A stretch of DNA of 64,000 nt. Source: Candidatus Heimdallarchaeota archaeon (GTDB taxonomy: Archaea > Asgardarchaeota > Heimdallarchaeia > Heimdallarchaeales > Heimdallarchaeaceae). Below the pieces are notes generated by a model. The model made no database searches. It was not told the DNA's origin and saw only the letters and a program-made list of their open reading frames with translations. Shown piece by piece: positions 1 through 10,516 of the stretch. Position 1 is the first letter of the stretch. Every line of letters starts with the position of its first letter. The DNA lies in assembly GCA_030603365.1 (NCBI GenBank), contig JAUVXV010000003.1:256001-320000 (forward strand). The letters run 5' to 3'. The position numbers and the translations under genes are program-made.

Positions 1-1126
1 ACATTATCCCGAAGAAAATGCTGAATGTGAAAATGAAGAAAATTGTTGGATCAACTTCATTGGATGAAGGAAGACCATATAAGCCTACAATCGATTGAAA
101 TGATTTCGAAATAGGATTTTTTGCTTCTACAAAAGGAACGTTTTTTGTTTCTTCAGGAGATTCTCTTGTTACTAGAATTGTTTCAGGAAATTTACTGATT
201 TCATTTTCAAGAACAGATAAGTCCCGTTGAGCTATCCATCCTTGAGTTATAACTGTTTTTAGTGTTCGTTTAGAAGAAATATAGAGCCTCAAGAAATGAC
301 TATAGCTTTCTATTGATAATTTTAATGCTATGATAGTTTCCTTGTTTGTGATAGCAAATTGATTTAGTTCACTCTTAAGTTCTTTTATTTTATCTTCAAG
401 ATGTTTACATTCTTTGACGATTTCGTTCTCAATTTCTGTTTTACTGAGGTGAATTGGACCTTCATGGTTATGTTCGAACCATCTTACATTTGATAGATTT
501 TTAGTTAATCTTGTAATTTCTCCTTTTTTACCTTGAGCAAAAAGCATGTATCTGTTATATACAAGTGGAATAACCTCACTTCTAGTGATATCAGCTAAGA
601 ATTCTTCTGCATCACTCTCCTTGGTAGTTGTTAAAATACCAACTATAGTTCTTTCATTTGAACCAATATCATAGGGATGCTCTTCTTCAATTAGTCTGAA
701 CCCTTTAGCAATCAGTTGATTTAATTCTATTTCTTCTTTTTTCATCTCGTAATCTGATTTTAACTCCTCAACTCCTGTTTTTAGGTTACTAATTTGCTCT
801 ACTAGGTTTTCTTCGATTTTCTCCAAATCCTCCCAATCCTCAAATAGAGGAGTGATTAAGGGTTGTTTCTTATATGCTCTTGCTATTTTTTGACCAAATT
901 TCTCCTTTGGCTCAGGTATAAGTTCGATAAGATCCTTATATGCTGTTTCCATTGATCTAAGTTTTTCTAATCTAGATGCTGGATAAAAGTCTTCAACATT
1001 TTCTAATGTTATGCTCTCCTTAATCATTAATTTTTCAGTTTCTGCTAATTTTACTATGACTTTTGCAAAATCATCAATTGGTGTGATGATTGTAGCTTCT
1101 AACATTTTAGCTGGAAACAAACCCAT
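1..1126 (-). CDS. atpI: A/V-type ATP synthase subunit I (a); N-terminal part, runs off the window edge
   Basis: Not in the ORF track. Translated by hand from the ATG at 1126 (AGGTGA RBS upstream): MGLFPAKMLEATIITPIDD... ending ...KNPISKSFQSIVGLYGLPSSNEVDPTIFFIFTFSIFFGIM, the typical subunit I YGxP..E.DPT motif. Confidence 0.92.
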   Translation of the reverse strand, partial: MGLFPAKMLEATIITPIDDFAKVIVKLAETEKLMIKESITLENVEDFYPASRLEKLRSMETAYKDLIELIPEPKEKFGQKIARAYKKQPLITPLFEDWEDLEKIEENLVEQISNLKTGVEELKSDYEMKKEEIELNQLIAKGFRLIEEEHPYDIGSNERTIVGILTTTKESDAEEFLADITRSEVIPLVYNRYMLFAQGKKGEITRLTKNLSNVRWFEHNHEGPIHLSKTEIENEIVKECKHLEDKIKELKSELNQFAITNKETIIALKLSIESYSHFLRLYISSKRTLKTVITQGWIAQRDLSVLENEISKFPETILVTRESPEETKNVPFVEAKNPISKSFQSIVGLYGLPSSNEVDPTIFFIFTFSIFFGIM

Positions 1127-1134
1127 TTTATCAC

Positions 1135-1779
1135 CTATGTAAATATTAAGTCATTAATCCTTGTTCTGATTTTTTCTCTACTTGATTCTAACAAGTTTTC
1201 TATTGTATGGTTTATTCTAACTCTTTCTCTCGAATCTGTTAGTATGAAACCACCTTGTGTTTTCAAAGAAGTAGTGTTAATAATACAATCAATACCATCT
1301 TTCTTAGACATAGTTTTTACTATCTTACTAAAAACAGCTTCATCTTTTTTATCGATTAATATTTTTATTTGTTTTTCTCGCATATTTTTTACTGCTTTTA
1401 TTAAGGTAATTTCTAAATATTTTTCGTATTTTTTATTTTTTCTGATCAGACTTACTTCCTGTTCCACTATCTCAAATACTTCATCAATCAGCTTTTCTCT
1501 TGTTTGAATTATGATTTTTCTTGCTTCTTGTTGATGTTCAGTCTCAGTTCTTTTTTTTAGAAATTCAATTCGAGAAATCTCTTTATCTAGCTCTTTCTTT
1601 TTTATTTCTTCTACCAGTTTTTGTGTTTCTTTTTCTATTTCTTCTAGTCCTGATTTTGTCTCTTTTTGTATCTTCTTAATCTCGTTGTTAGCTTCTTTTT
1701 GAAGCTTATCTAACAATTTAGTAAGAGCTACGTTCTCGATTTTTCCTTCTGTATTTTTATTTAATCGAATTCTAATCAC
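1135..1779 (-). CDS. atpE: A/V-type ATP synthase subunit E
   Basis: N-terminal coiled coil; C-terminal GGFILTDSRERVRINHTIE motif; operon context. Confidence 0.88.
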   Translation of the reverse strand: MIRIRLNKNTEGKIENVALTKLLDKLQKEANNEIKKIQKETKSGLEEIEKETQKLVEEIKKKELDKEISRIEFLKKRTETEHQQEARKIIIQTREKLIDEVFEIVEQEVSLIRKNKKYEKYLEITLIKAVKNMREKQIKILIDKKDEAVFSKIVKTMSKKDGIDCIINTTSLKTQGGFILTDSRERVRINHTIENLLESSREKIRTRINDLIFT

Positions 1780-1782
1780 CTA

Positions 1783-2211
1783 CTAAACTGGAAAGAGAAG
1801 AACTGGTATTTTTGATAATTCAATAACATATCGTACATGGTTCTTAATCAATCTCCTTGTTATTGTTTCTCTTCTTGTCCCCATTACTATGAAATCAGCT
1901 TCTTCTCTTTTTGATAATTCAATGATATTTTCAGATATTAAACCTTCAGTTATATCTGTTGTGATAAAAAGATGAGTGTCAGAAAAAACAGTTGTTAATT
2001 TCTCAAGAATGTTGTTATATTCTTGCTTGATTTCTTTAAGAATCTGATCTGGAGACCTTTCCCTAAAGACTGCTAAGTGCTCAAGATTTTGTTTATCGAT
2101 AACGTATAGTAAGTGGACTTCTGTAACCCAATCATCAAAGAATTCGATAAGCTGATTCACGAGCTTAGAGCCACTTTCAAAGTCACCTACTGCGACAAGA
2201 GCTTTTTTCAT
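1783..2211 (-). CDS. Universal stress protein (UspA family)
   Basis: MKKALVAVGD, VHLLYVID, ADFIVMGT, IPVLLFP. Start moved to ATG 2211 (GAGGTG RBS). Confidence 0.88.
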   Translation of the reverse strand: MKKALVAVGDFESGSKLVNQLIEFFDDWVTEVHLLYVIDKQNLEHLAVFRERSPDQILKEIKQEYNNILEKLTTVFSDTHLFITTDITEGLISENIIELSKREEADFIVMGTRRETITRRLIKNHVRYVIELSKIPVLLFPV

Positions 2212-2212
2212 T

Positions 2213-2857
2213 TTAGACACCTCTTTTCTCTTTTTTCCTAGCTTCAATTTTTTGTTTCAATTTCTTAATTGTATAAATATTTTCTAAATCATAAGCTTCA
2301 AGAACGTCTTCAACATATTTTATTATGTTCTGGAATCTTACTCGATATATTTTATCCAAAGCATTTAGATTCAATTGAATAGATTGTAAGTTTTTAATTA
2401 TTCTATAAGCTAAATTTTCCAATTCTGCTAATTGAACAACTAGAGTAAATGATTCACGAAATCTTTTTGCAGTAACCCACAGTAAACTGGAAATACCAAA
2501 AAATCCATAGGAAGGTTCTGGAATGTGACTTATTTCTAAATCTTTAAAGGGAACACCCATATATTCTACATGCTTAGAGCTGATAGTTACTTCTTTAGGG
2601 ATTGTTTCACTAAAAACGTTGATCATATCTCTTCCTAATTCAGATTCTGTTTTAATATATTCAATATAAGCTTCACTCAGACTCTTTTCCATTTTCTCTC
2701 TCAAGGATATTGCTTCAGCTGTTATAATGTGTAATTTCATTAACAGTGCCTCATATTTTTCTCTGAGAAGATCATAGGCTCTTTCGACTAATTTTAACTT
2801 CTTTTTGTATTTGAGAAGATTGTCTTTGGTTGGAGAAATATTTACTGCTTCTCTCAT
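2213..2857 (-). CDS. atpD: A/V-type ATP synthase subunit D
   Basis: [23 protein letters not shown] motifs. Confidence 0.93.
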   Translation of the reverse strand: MREAVNISPTKDNLLKYKKKLKLVERAYDLLREKYEALLMKLHIITAEAISLREKMEKSLSEAYIEYIKTESELGRDMINVFSETIPKEVTISSKHVEYMGVPFKDLEISHIPEPSYGFFGISSLLWVTAKRFRESFTLVVQLAELENLAYRIIKNLQSIQLNLNALDKIYRVRFQNIIKYVEDVLEAYDLENIYTIKKLKQKIEARKKEKRGV

Positions 2858-4248
2858 AGCATGTTCTCCTCCTTGCTTTTCATGAAAGTTTTAATCAAAT
2901 CTTCTGATACTTTAGTCAGTTCTGTTTCAGGTAGTTGTGAGAGAAGAGACCAACCAAGCTCAAGTGATTGCTCAATTGTTTTATGTTCATTTCCTTGATT
3001 TACAAAAACTTCCTCAAATTTGTCTGCGAAGCTTAGTAATACTTGATCTCGACGATTCAATTCTTTTCTACCAATAACTTCTGCAAGACTTCTTTTATCT
3101 AGTCCCTCTGCATAAGATGCATATAATTGGTCACTTAGTGAAGGGTGATCTTTTCTTGTAAACCCTTCTCCTATCCCGTCCTTCATCAATCTAGATAAAG
3201 ATCCTAGGACATCGATTGGTGGGTAGATTCCTCTGTTATGCATTGACCTATCTAAAATGATTTGTCCTTCTGTAATATATCCAGTCAAGTCAGGAATTGG
3301 GTGAGTTATATCGTCATTTGGCATTGTTAGATTTACTATCATTGTTATACTACCTTCAGAATCTTCAACAATTCCTGCTCTTTCGTAAATTGAAGCAAGA
3401 TCACTGTACATATATCCTGGAAAACCTTTTCTTGAAGGAACAGTTTCTAAAGCCACAGATATTTCTCTTAATGCTTGACAGTAATTTGTAATATCTGACA
3501 GTATAACCAATACATGATAATCCTTGTCAAATGCCAAATACTCAGCTGTAGTTAAAGCCATTCTTGGAGTAAGCAATCTCTCTGCTGCAGAATCACTTGC
3601 CAGGTTACTAAACATAATTACCTTGTTCAATGTTCCAGTTTCCTTGAAGAGTCTTTGAAAATAGATGTAATCGTCCATTGTCAAGCCCATTGCTCCAAAA
3701 ACGATTGCAAATTTCTCACTTCCATCTTGCTCAGTAATTTTTGCTTGTCTAACGATTTGACCAATAAGTTGATTATTTGGTAAACCTGCCCCTGTAAAAA
3801 TTGGTAATTTTTGTCCTCTTACCAAAGTATTCATGATGTCTATTGTTGATATACCAGTTTCAATGTAATTTTTAGGATAAATTCTTGAGGTTGGGTTGAT
3901 GGGAGTACCATTAACATCTCTATAATCATCAGAATAGATATTAGGTAACCCATCTAGAGGCTCTCCTAAAGAATTGAATATCCTTCCAATCATAGTTTCA
4001 GAAACGAATAACTGCATTGTACGACCATAGAACTCTGTTTCTATCTCATCCCTTTCTGTTTCATATGTACCTTGATAAAGCAGAATGATGACTTTTTCTT
4101 CTTCAATAGCTAACACTCTCCCTTTTCTAGACGGTTGATTTTCTAGATTTACTACAAGATATTCTCCCATTTGTATACCAGATACGCCTTCTACTACAAT
4201 GAGAGGTCCCTTGATTTCTGAAACACCTTTAACAGTTATTCTCGCCAT
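2854..4248 (-). CDS. atpB: A/V-type ATP synthase subunit B
   Basis: [46 protein letters not shown]. Confidence 0.97.
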   Translation of the reverse strand: MARITVKGVSEIKGPLIVVEGVSGIQMGEYLVVNLENQPSRKGRVLAIEEEKVIILLYQGTYETERDEIETEFYGRTMQLFVSETMIGRIFNSLGEPLDGLPNIYSDDYRDVNGTPINPTSRIYPKNYIETGISTIDIMNTLVRGQKLPIFTGAGLPNNQLIGQIVRQAKITEQDGSEKFAIVFGAMGLTMDDYIYFQRLFKETGTLNKVIMFSNLASDSAAERLLTPRMALTTAEYLAFDKDYHVLVILSDITNYCQALREISVALETVPSRKGFPGYMYSDLASIYERAGIVEDSEGSITMIVNLTMPNDDITHPIPDLTGYITEGQIILDRSMHNRGIYPPIDVLGSLSRLMKDGIGEGFTRKDHPSLSDQLYASYAEGLDKRSLAEVIGRKELNRRDQVLLSFADKFEEVFVNQGNEHKTIEQSLELGWSLLSQLPETELTKVSEDLIKTFMKSKEENML

Positions 4249-4251
4249 TTT

Positions 4252-6054
4252 TCACACCCTATACCCATATTTAGAACCCAGTTCCTCCATCTCAGAATGG
4301 ATATAATCTTCAATTTTATTAAGTTGCATCAGATTTTCATTTGGAACATCCTCTTTCATTCTCTTCAGAATTTGAACTGATTTTAATGAGTTGAGAAGAG
4401 AGATGGGGCATCCATTTTTTATCAGGATGTTAGCTCTGTTATAAAATAGCAAGATATGTTTCATCATCCTCATCTGTTTTTCAATAGGACAGAATGAATC
4501 TACTGGATGGAAAGCACTTTGTTGTAAAAATCCAGTTTTAATAATATCAGCAATAAGAAGAATGAGTTGCTCATCAGCAGGTAAAGCTTTCGATCCTATA
4601 AGTTCGACAATGTGTTGAAGCTCATTATCTTTTTGTAAAATCGTAAACAATTCTTGACGATAACGACCCCAGTCTTCTAAACCTGATTCTAAAGCCCATT
4701 CTTCAATAACTTCAATATAACCTGAGTAACTTGTAAACCAGTTTATTGAGGGAAAATGTTTTCTATTAGCTAAGGTAGGATCTAACCCCCAGAAGGTTTT
4801 AACAAATCGTTTGGTGTTCGCCGTTACTGGTTCGCTAAAATCTCCTCCAGCTGGTGAAACAGCTGCTGTTATATTTATTGTTCCTTCACGATAGGGAGAT
4901 CCAAGTGCTATTATTCTACCAGCTCTTTCATAGAAATTCGCCAAACGTGCCCCTAGGTAAGCAGGATAACCTTCTTCTACAGGCATTTCTTCTAATTGCC
5001 CAGAAATCTCACGAAGAGCTTCTGCCCATCTGGAAGTAGAATCAGCTGTAAGAAGAACATTAAACCCTTGATCTCTAAAATACTCAGCAATTGTGATACC
5101 CATATAAATAGAAGCTTCTCTCGCAGCTACAGGCATATTTGAGACATTCGCAATTAAAATTGTTCTTGCCATAAGAGGATTCTTTGTGTGGGGGTCCATT
5201 AATTTAGGAAATCCTATTAAGACATCTGTCATCTCATTTCCTCTTTCTCCACATCCAATATATATTACTACATCTGCATTGCTCCATTTTGACAGCTGGT
5301 GCATTAAAACTGTCTTTCCTGTTCCGAAACCCCCTGGTATGGCTGCAGTTCCTCCCTTTGTAATCGGAAAAAACATATCAATAATTCTTTGTCCTGTTAT
5401 TAATGGTTCTTGCACAGGCATTTTTCTCAGAAATGGTCTTGCTATTCTAACAGGCCATTCATGCATTAACTTTAATTCTTCCTTCCTATTATCTTGTTTT
5501 TTTATAACAGCGATAGGTTCTGTTACTGTATACTCGCCTTTATCCTGAATTTCTAACAGATGTCCATGGATGTATGGTGGTGCGATAATCATAGTTTCAA
5601 TTGATTCAGTTTCTTTAACTGAACCTATCTGATCTCCTCCTCTTATGATCTCACCTTGTTTAAGATCGGGATTTGGTACGAATGACCATTTCTTATTCCT
5701 ATCCAATGCGTTTGTTTGAATCCCTCTTTCTATGAATGCTGATTTTGTGATATCTTTGATTGTTTCCAGAGGTCTTTGAATGCCATCAAAAATATTAGCT
5801 AACAACCCAGGTCCTAATTCAGCTGATAGTGATTTTCCTGTTGGATAAATTGGATCATTTATCCTCAAGCCTTCTAATGGTTCATAGACTTGAATTGTGG
5901 CTATCTCTCGTTCTATTGCAATAATCTCTCCGATAAGCCTTTCTTCACCTACGAAAGTAATTTCTCCCATTCGATAAGAAGAAAGATTTTTTGCTTGAAC
6001 AGTTGAACCTTTTATTGAAACTATTCTAGCTCCTTCTTCTAATGTTTTACTCAT
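4252..6054 (-). CDS. atpA: A/V-type ATP synthase catalytic subunit A
   Basis: P-loop GGFGTGKT, GCGERGNEM, DSTSRWAEALRE, GGDFSEPVT. Confidence 0.97.
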   Translation of the reverse strand: MSKTLEEGARIVSIKGSTVQAKNLSSYRMGEITFVGEERLIGEIIAIEREIATIQVYEPLEGLRINDPIYPTGKSLSAELGPGLLANIFDGIQRPLETIKDITKSAFIERGIQTNALDRNKKWSFVPNPDLKQGEIIRGGDQIGSVKETESIETMIIAPPYIHGHLLEIQDKGEYTVTEPIAVIKKQDNRKEELKLMHEWPVRIARPFLRKMPVQEPLITGQRIIDMFFPITKGGTAAIPGGFGTGKTVLMHQLSKWSNADVVIYIGCGERGNEMTDVLIGFPKLMDPHTKNPLMARTILIANVSNMPVAAREASIYMGITIAEYFRDQGFNVLLTADSTSRWAEALREISGQLEEMPVEEGYPAYLGARLANFYERAGRIIALGSPYREGTINITAAVSPAGGDFSEPVTANTKRFVKTFWGLDPTLANRKHFPSINWFTSYSGYIEVIEEWALESGLEDWGRYRQELFTILQKDNELQHIVELIGSKALPADEQLILLIADIIKTGFLQQSAFHPVDSFCPIEKQMRMMKHILLFYNRANILIKNGCPISLLNSLKSVQILKRMKEDVPNENLMQLNKIEDYIHSEMEELGSKYGYRV

Positions 6055-6142
6055 TACCGGAAACCCTTACTTATCTAATAAGTAGTTTATTGTCCGACAA
6101 TGCCATAACAGAAAGCTTTAATCGTATAAGGTGAAACCAAAT

Positions 6143-6460
6143 ATGATGCAAGAATCTGAGTTAACAACAAAAGCTTTTGTCATTGGAGCACGTGAAACAG
6201 TGCGTGGTTTTCAATTAATAGGTGTACCAGGAAAAGAAGTTTCAACACCATCAGAAGTTCTCGAAACATTGGATTATGCATTGAGGGAGGATTATGCATT
6301 CATTATAATTTCAGCTTCTGTAGCGTATGAGATTGAGGAACAACTAGAATCTATAAGACTGGACACCCCTACTCCAATCCTTATCGTTTCTGATTTTAAC
6401 TTTAAAGTTGATGTTAGAGAATTAGAAACAAAATTCAGAAAATTTATTGGTATTCACTGA
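6143..6460 (+). CDS. atpF: A/V-type ATP synthase subunit F, divergent from atpA
   Basis: FVIGARETVRGFQLIGV and C-terminal RKFIG; TATA-like GCTTTAAT at about 6115. Confidence 0.88.
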   Translation: MMQESELTTKAFVIGARETVRGFQLIGVPGKEVSTPSEVLETLDYALREDYAFIIISASVAYEIEEQLESIRLDTPTPILIVSDFNFKVDVRELETKFRKFIGIH

Positions 6461-6980
6461 AAAAAACACTAAAAATCTCTTTGAAATTAGTAAAATCATT
6501 CTCAGTAAAAAGAACTATCTGTATTTGCTTGTAATTATGTTTTTTATTAAGAAGAAAATGGTTTATGCTCTCTACCATAATTTTAGCACATTTATCTAAT
6601 GGAAAACCCGCAATCCCTGTTCCTATTGCAGGAAAGGCTATTGATTCTAGTTTGTACTCTTTTCCAATAAGCAATGATTTTAAAATAGAACTTTTGAGAG
6701 AACGATCTGTTGTTTTGCTTCCTAAGTTCATAGATGCTGCATGAATAACATATTTTGCTTTAAGCATTCCTCCTGTTGTTATTGCAGCTTGTCCCAGTTC
6801 TATAGGTCCATGTTTTGAGCATTCTTCTTGAATTTGTGGTCCTCCTTTCTTTTTTATTACTCCTGCAACTCCAGCTCCAAGAATAAGTTTAGTATTAGCT
6901 GCATTTACAATAGCATCCACTGAGCAGTCTGTAATGTCTCCTTGAATCAAGGATACAACTGTTTCCTTTATTTTCCACAT
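6444..6980 (-). CDS. Macro domain protein (ADP-ribose binding/hydrolase, YmdB-like)
   Basis: GDIT, AIVNAAN, GAGVAG, SIAFPAIGTG. Confidence 0.95.
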   Translation of the reverse strand: MWKIKETVVSLIQGDITDCSVDAIVNAANTKLILGAGVAGVIKKKGGPQIQEECSKHGPIELGQAAITTGGMLKAKYVIHAASMNLGSKTTDRSLKSSILKSLLIGKEYKLESIAFPAIGTGIAGFPLDKCAKIMVESINHFLLNKKHNYKQIQIVLFTENDFTNFKEIFSVFFSEYQ

Positions 6981-6989
6981 GTGAAAACC

Positions 6990-7748
6990 TCAGTACATAT
7001 GGTATTTAATACAGTCTGTTCCAAGTACTTTATCCACTATTTTGAAACCCATTTTATCATAGATTTGTAATGCTGGGGTATTTGATTCTTCCACCCACAG
7101 TGTGATTTTTCCTATGTTTTTTGAAAACAATTCCTGGCAGATTTTAGCGCTAACATCATAACCATAACCCTTGTTTCTGTATTCTTTTAAAACCCATATG
7201 CCACGAATTATAGCAAATGAAAACCTATCATTCGTCACAAGATGAGGAGCAAAAGCGACAGCAACCATTTGATTGTTTTTGGTTATCCCCACCCCACCAC
7301 CTGCACTATTTGATAATAACATCCTCTGTTTAAAACTTAATAGTTTGGATAGAACATCGTCTAGAATTAGGGATTCATACCTGTTCTTAGGACTAAAATC
7401 CTTTTCAACTAATTCCAGGCAGAGGAAGGTATTTATGTCCTTTCTTCTAACAGATTTATCCATCACCTTAAAATCAGTAAAATACTCTCGAATTAGGCTC
7501 AACCATTCAGGATCAAAAGATAAGCTGATTTCTCCTTTAGGGTCATATTCTTCCAAGAGTTCCTTGTTTGGAGGACCAAAAAGAGTTGTATGTAAATCAT
7601 AGGAGAATCTGTAAGACGAATTAGCTTGATCAAAATGTACAACATTAGGAAACTCGATTATATCCCATACTGTATAAGCTAGTCTTGCCATTCTTTTCTC
7701 GGCTACTTTAAAAATTCCTTCAAATTCCAGTGGCATCCAAATTACCAA
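6990..7748 (-). CDS. GNAT family acetyltransferase
   Basis: C-terminal motif A YRNKGYG and NTPALQIYDKMGF. Confidence 0.85.
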   Translation of the reverse strand: MVIWMPLEFEGIFKVAEKRMARLAYTVWDIIEFPNVVHFDQANSSYRFSYDLHTTLFGPPNKELLEEYDPKGEISLSFDPEWLSLIREYFTDFKVMDKSVRRKDINTFLCLELVEKDFSPKNRYESLILDDVLSKLLSFKQRMLLSNSAGGGVGITKNNQMVAVAFAPHLVTNDRFSFAIIRGIWVLKEYRNKGYGYDVSAKICQELFSKNIGKITLWVEESNTPALQIYDKMGFKIVDKVLGTDCIKYHMY

Positions 7749-7787
7749 TAAGTAGCTTGTTTATATCTTCTTCTCTACTTACTTCAA

Positions 7788-8699
7788 TCAAGTATATTTT
7801 GGTCCGTATAGTTCTGTATCAAGTTTATTGAGATATTCCTTATATTCACTTTTAGCTGAGATTTCTAAGGCTTTCTTTATCCTTACTGTTCCTTCATATC
7901 TCTGGCCCATTCTTACAAGTGCTTGACCTGACAAGAAAAAGGCTTCATCATCATCTTTTACTAGTGTTAGAAGTTCGTTACACATATTGAATGTTTTTTG
8001 AATATCTCCTTCTAGTAAGTATAATCGAGAAAGCTTGTTATAGAGACTTCGATTGACAGATCTAGTTTTCTCCTCAACTTGAAGCGCTTGAAGATATTTC
8101 TCTTTTGCAATATCAGAGCGACCCATATGCTCATACAAATCTCCTAACTCTTCATATAATTCTTGATTTGTAGGTTCAATTTCTATAGCTTCATTATAAG
8201 CATCAATAGCTGATAGATAATTTTCTATCTCTTTGTAACTACGCGCCAATAATCGCCATACTTCAATTTCTTCTCTCTTTGTTCTAAGAAATGTCTCAAA
8301 ACTTAATATTGCGACTTGATATTCTCCTCTCTGTAAAGCTAATTTGCCTTTACCTAACCAGGATTGAATAGCTCTTGGATTGAGAGATGTAGCCTTAAAA
8401 TAATAATTTTCTGCAACATCAAACTGATTCTTAATACGATAAATCTCTCCAAGTAATTCATAAGTTTCCCAATGATCTGAATCCTCAGCAATTACAGTGG
8501 TTAATTCTTCAATAGCTGAATTGAATTGCCCTTGTAAGTAAAGGACTTTACCTTTCAGAAAAACTAGATTTGTATCTTGATATTTCTCAATCATACGTTC
8601 CAAGAACGATAAAGCTTCTTCTAATAGAGTATTATCAATTAGACTCTCAAGTAATTCCATTTCAAACGGTTTCATATCTTGACCAGTTTCTAACCCCAA
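7788..8699 (-). CDS. TPR repeat protein
   Basis: Several 34-aa TPR-like units (LGEIY..AENYYFKA..LNP; AYNEAIEIEP). Confidence 0.9.
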   Translation of the reverse strand: MGLETGQDMKPFEMELLESLIDNTLLEEALSFLERMIEKYQDTNLVFLKGKVLYLQGQFNSAIEELTTVIAEDSDHWETYELLGEIYRIKNQFDVAENYYFKATSLNPRAIQSWLGKGKLALQRGEYQVAILSFETFLRTKREEIEVWRLLARSYKEIENYLSAIDAYNEAIEIEPTNQELYEELGDLYEHMGRSDIAKEKYLQALQVEEKTRSVNRSLYNKLSRLYLLEGDIQKTFNMCNELLTLVKDDDEAFFLSGQALVRMGQRYEGTVRIKKALEISAKSEYKEYLNKLDTELYGPKYT

Positions 8700-8777
8700 G
8701 AAACCACCAACAAACTTTGTACGTTACTTAATAAAAACTTTTCAGTAAAAAAACAATAAATTAGAGAAAGTAAGTTA

Positions 8778-10388
8778 TTATTTCTTCTCTCTCTTGATTA
8801 ATTCTCTTTTTAAAACCTTTCCAGCAGCACTTAGCGGTAAATTATCGATGAATTCAAAGCTTTTGGGAATTTTATATTTTGTAAGAGATTGTTCAATGCA
8901 AAACTCTTTCATTTCATCTGGATTTGCTTTCTGTCCCTCTTTCAGCACTATGAAAGCTTTACCAATTTCTCCAAAATATTCATCGGGTATTGGAATAACT
9001 GCAGTCAATGAAACTTTTGGGTGTTTGTAAAGAACTTCTTCTACTTCTCGTGGATATACCTTTAATCCACCAGAAATAATGATGTCTTTCGATCTATCAA
9101 CAATGAAAAAATATCCTTCAGAATCAACATGAGCGATGTCCCCTGTTCTTAGCCAACCTTCTGGTGTGAAAACTTTTATGGATTCCATTCCCTTCCCCCA
9201 ATATCCTTTCATCACTTGAGGACCAGTTATAATTATCTCACCTTTTTCCCCTAACTTAATCTCTTCCAAGGTATCAGTATCAACAATTTTTGCAAAAGTA
9301 TCTGCTAAAGGTTGTCCTATAGAATTGACTTTAGATGCTCCATAAGGATTGATGTGAGTCACAGGACTGCATTCAGTTAATCCATAGCCTTCAGTAATTT
9401 CTACATCTGTTACTCTCTTAAATTCAGCATGAACCTCTTTTGGAAGTGCTGCACCACCAGAAACACATACCCTCAAGGATGCAGTGTTATATTCTGAGAT
9501 ATCCGCTCTCAAGAGAGCTACATACATAGTAGGAACACCGTAGAACGAAGTAGCTTTTTTCTCCTCAATAAGCTTAAGAATTGCTTTTGGATCAAATTTA
9601 GGTATTATAGCTATCTTTTCTCCCCGAAATAGAGGAGCAAAGAAACCACACTGTAAACCAAAACTGTGACACATAGGTAGAGCTGAAACTACAAGACCAG
9701 TATGTTCGGTAGGTATCTTATTTGCCCATTCATTAAATTGAAGAGCATTAGCAAGAACATTAGAATGTTTTAGCATTACAGCTTTTGCTGTTCCAGTTGT
9801 TCCACCAGTATAAAGTAAGAAAGCTATATCATCTTCTTTGCTTCTATTTTCAAGGAATTTTTCTTGTGATTCCATTATACTACTCATTATTACAAAATCA
9901 CATTCTGAGATTAGTTCTGATATTTTATGTTCTTCAAAATTATAGTCTGTAGCAACAATTTTTGCCTTAAATTGGTATTGACTTAGTACTTCCTTTATAT
10001 TCTGACAAAGCGTATCATTTGTAATAATTACCTTTGTTTCTGAGTCAGTTAGTTGAAAAGCTATTTCTTTCTGTGATAATCTGGGGTTGATTAATGTGAC
10101 TTTTGCACCTATTTGATATGCTGCAAATATGGAAACAACAAAACATATAGAATTTGGTAATAATATCGCTATTGTGTCATTAGCTTCAACAAAACTATCA
10201 TCAAAGAATTTTGCTAGTTTATTGGACATTTCGATTAGCTTGCTAGCTGTAAATTGTTGCTCCCCTTCTTCAAATAAAATTCGATTTTCTTCGAATTTTT
10301 TAGATAATTCAAGAAAATATCCATAAACAGAAAAATTTGGATATTCAATCTTCCAATTAGCTGGGTCGTTAACTTCTAATTTACTCAA
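8778..10388 (-). CDS. Long-chain fatty acid-CoA ligase
   Basis: YTGGTTG, EGYGLTE, RTGD, GKVLK motifs of AMP-forming ligases. Confidence 0.93.
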   Translation of the reverse strand: MSKLEVNDPANWKIEYPNFSVYGYFLELSKKFEENRILFEEGEQQFTASKLIEMSNKLAKFFDDSFVEANDTIAILLPNSICFVVSIFAAYQIGAKVTLINPRLSQKEIAFQLTDSETKVIITNDTLCQNIKEVLSQYQFKAKIVATDYNFEEHKISELISECDFVIMSSIMESQEKFLENRSKEDDIAFLLYTGGTTGTAKAVMLKHSNVLANALQFNEWANKIPTEHTGLVVSALPMCHSFGLQCGFFAPLFRGEKIAIIPKFDPKAILKLIEEKKATSFYGVPTMYVALLRADISEYNTASLRVCVSGGAALPKEVHAEFKRVTDVEITEGYGLTECSPVTHINPYGASKVNSIGQPLADTFAKIVDTDTLEEIKLGEKGEIIITGPQVMKGYWGKGMESIKVFTPEGWLRTGDIAHVDSEGYFFIVDRSKDIIISGGLKVYPREVEEVLYKHPKVSLTAVIPIPDEYFGEIGKAFIVLKEGQKANPDEMKEFCIEQSLTKYKIPKSFEFIDNLPLSAAGKVLKRELIKREKK

Positions 10389-10516
10389 TTTAAGACACTA
10401 AAACACTTCTTAAACATGCATTAATGAAGTTTGTCACATCTACTACGAGGGGGATTTTTGTTTAAGCACAATGTTGATAAATTAATCTTCAACCTTGAAA
10501 GTATATTCTGAAGGTA

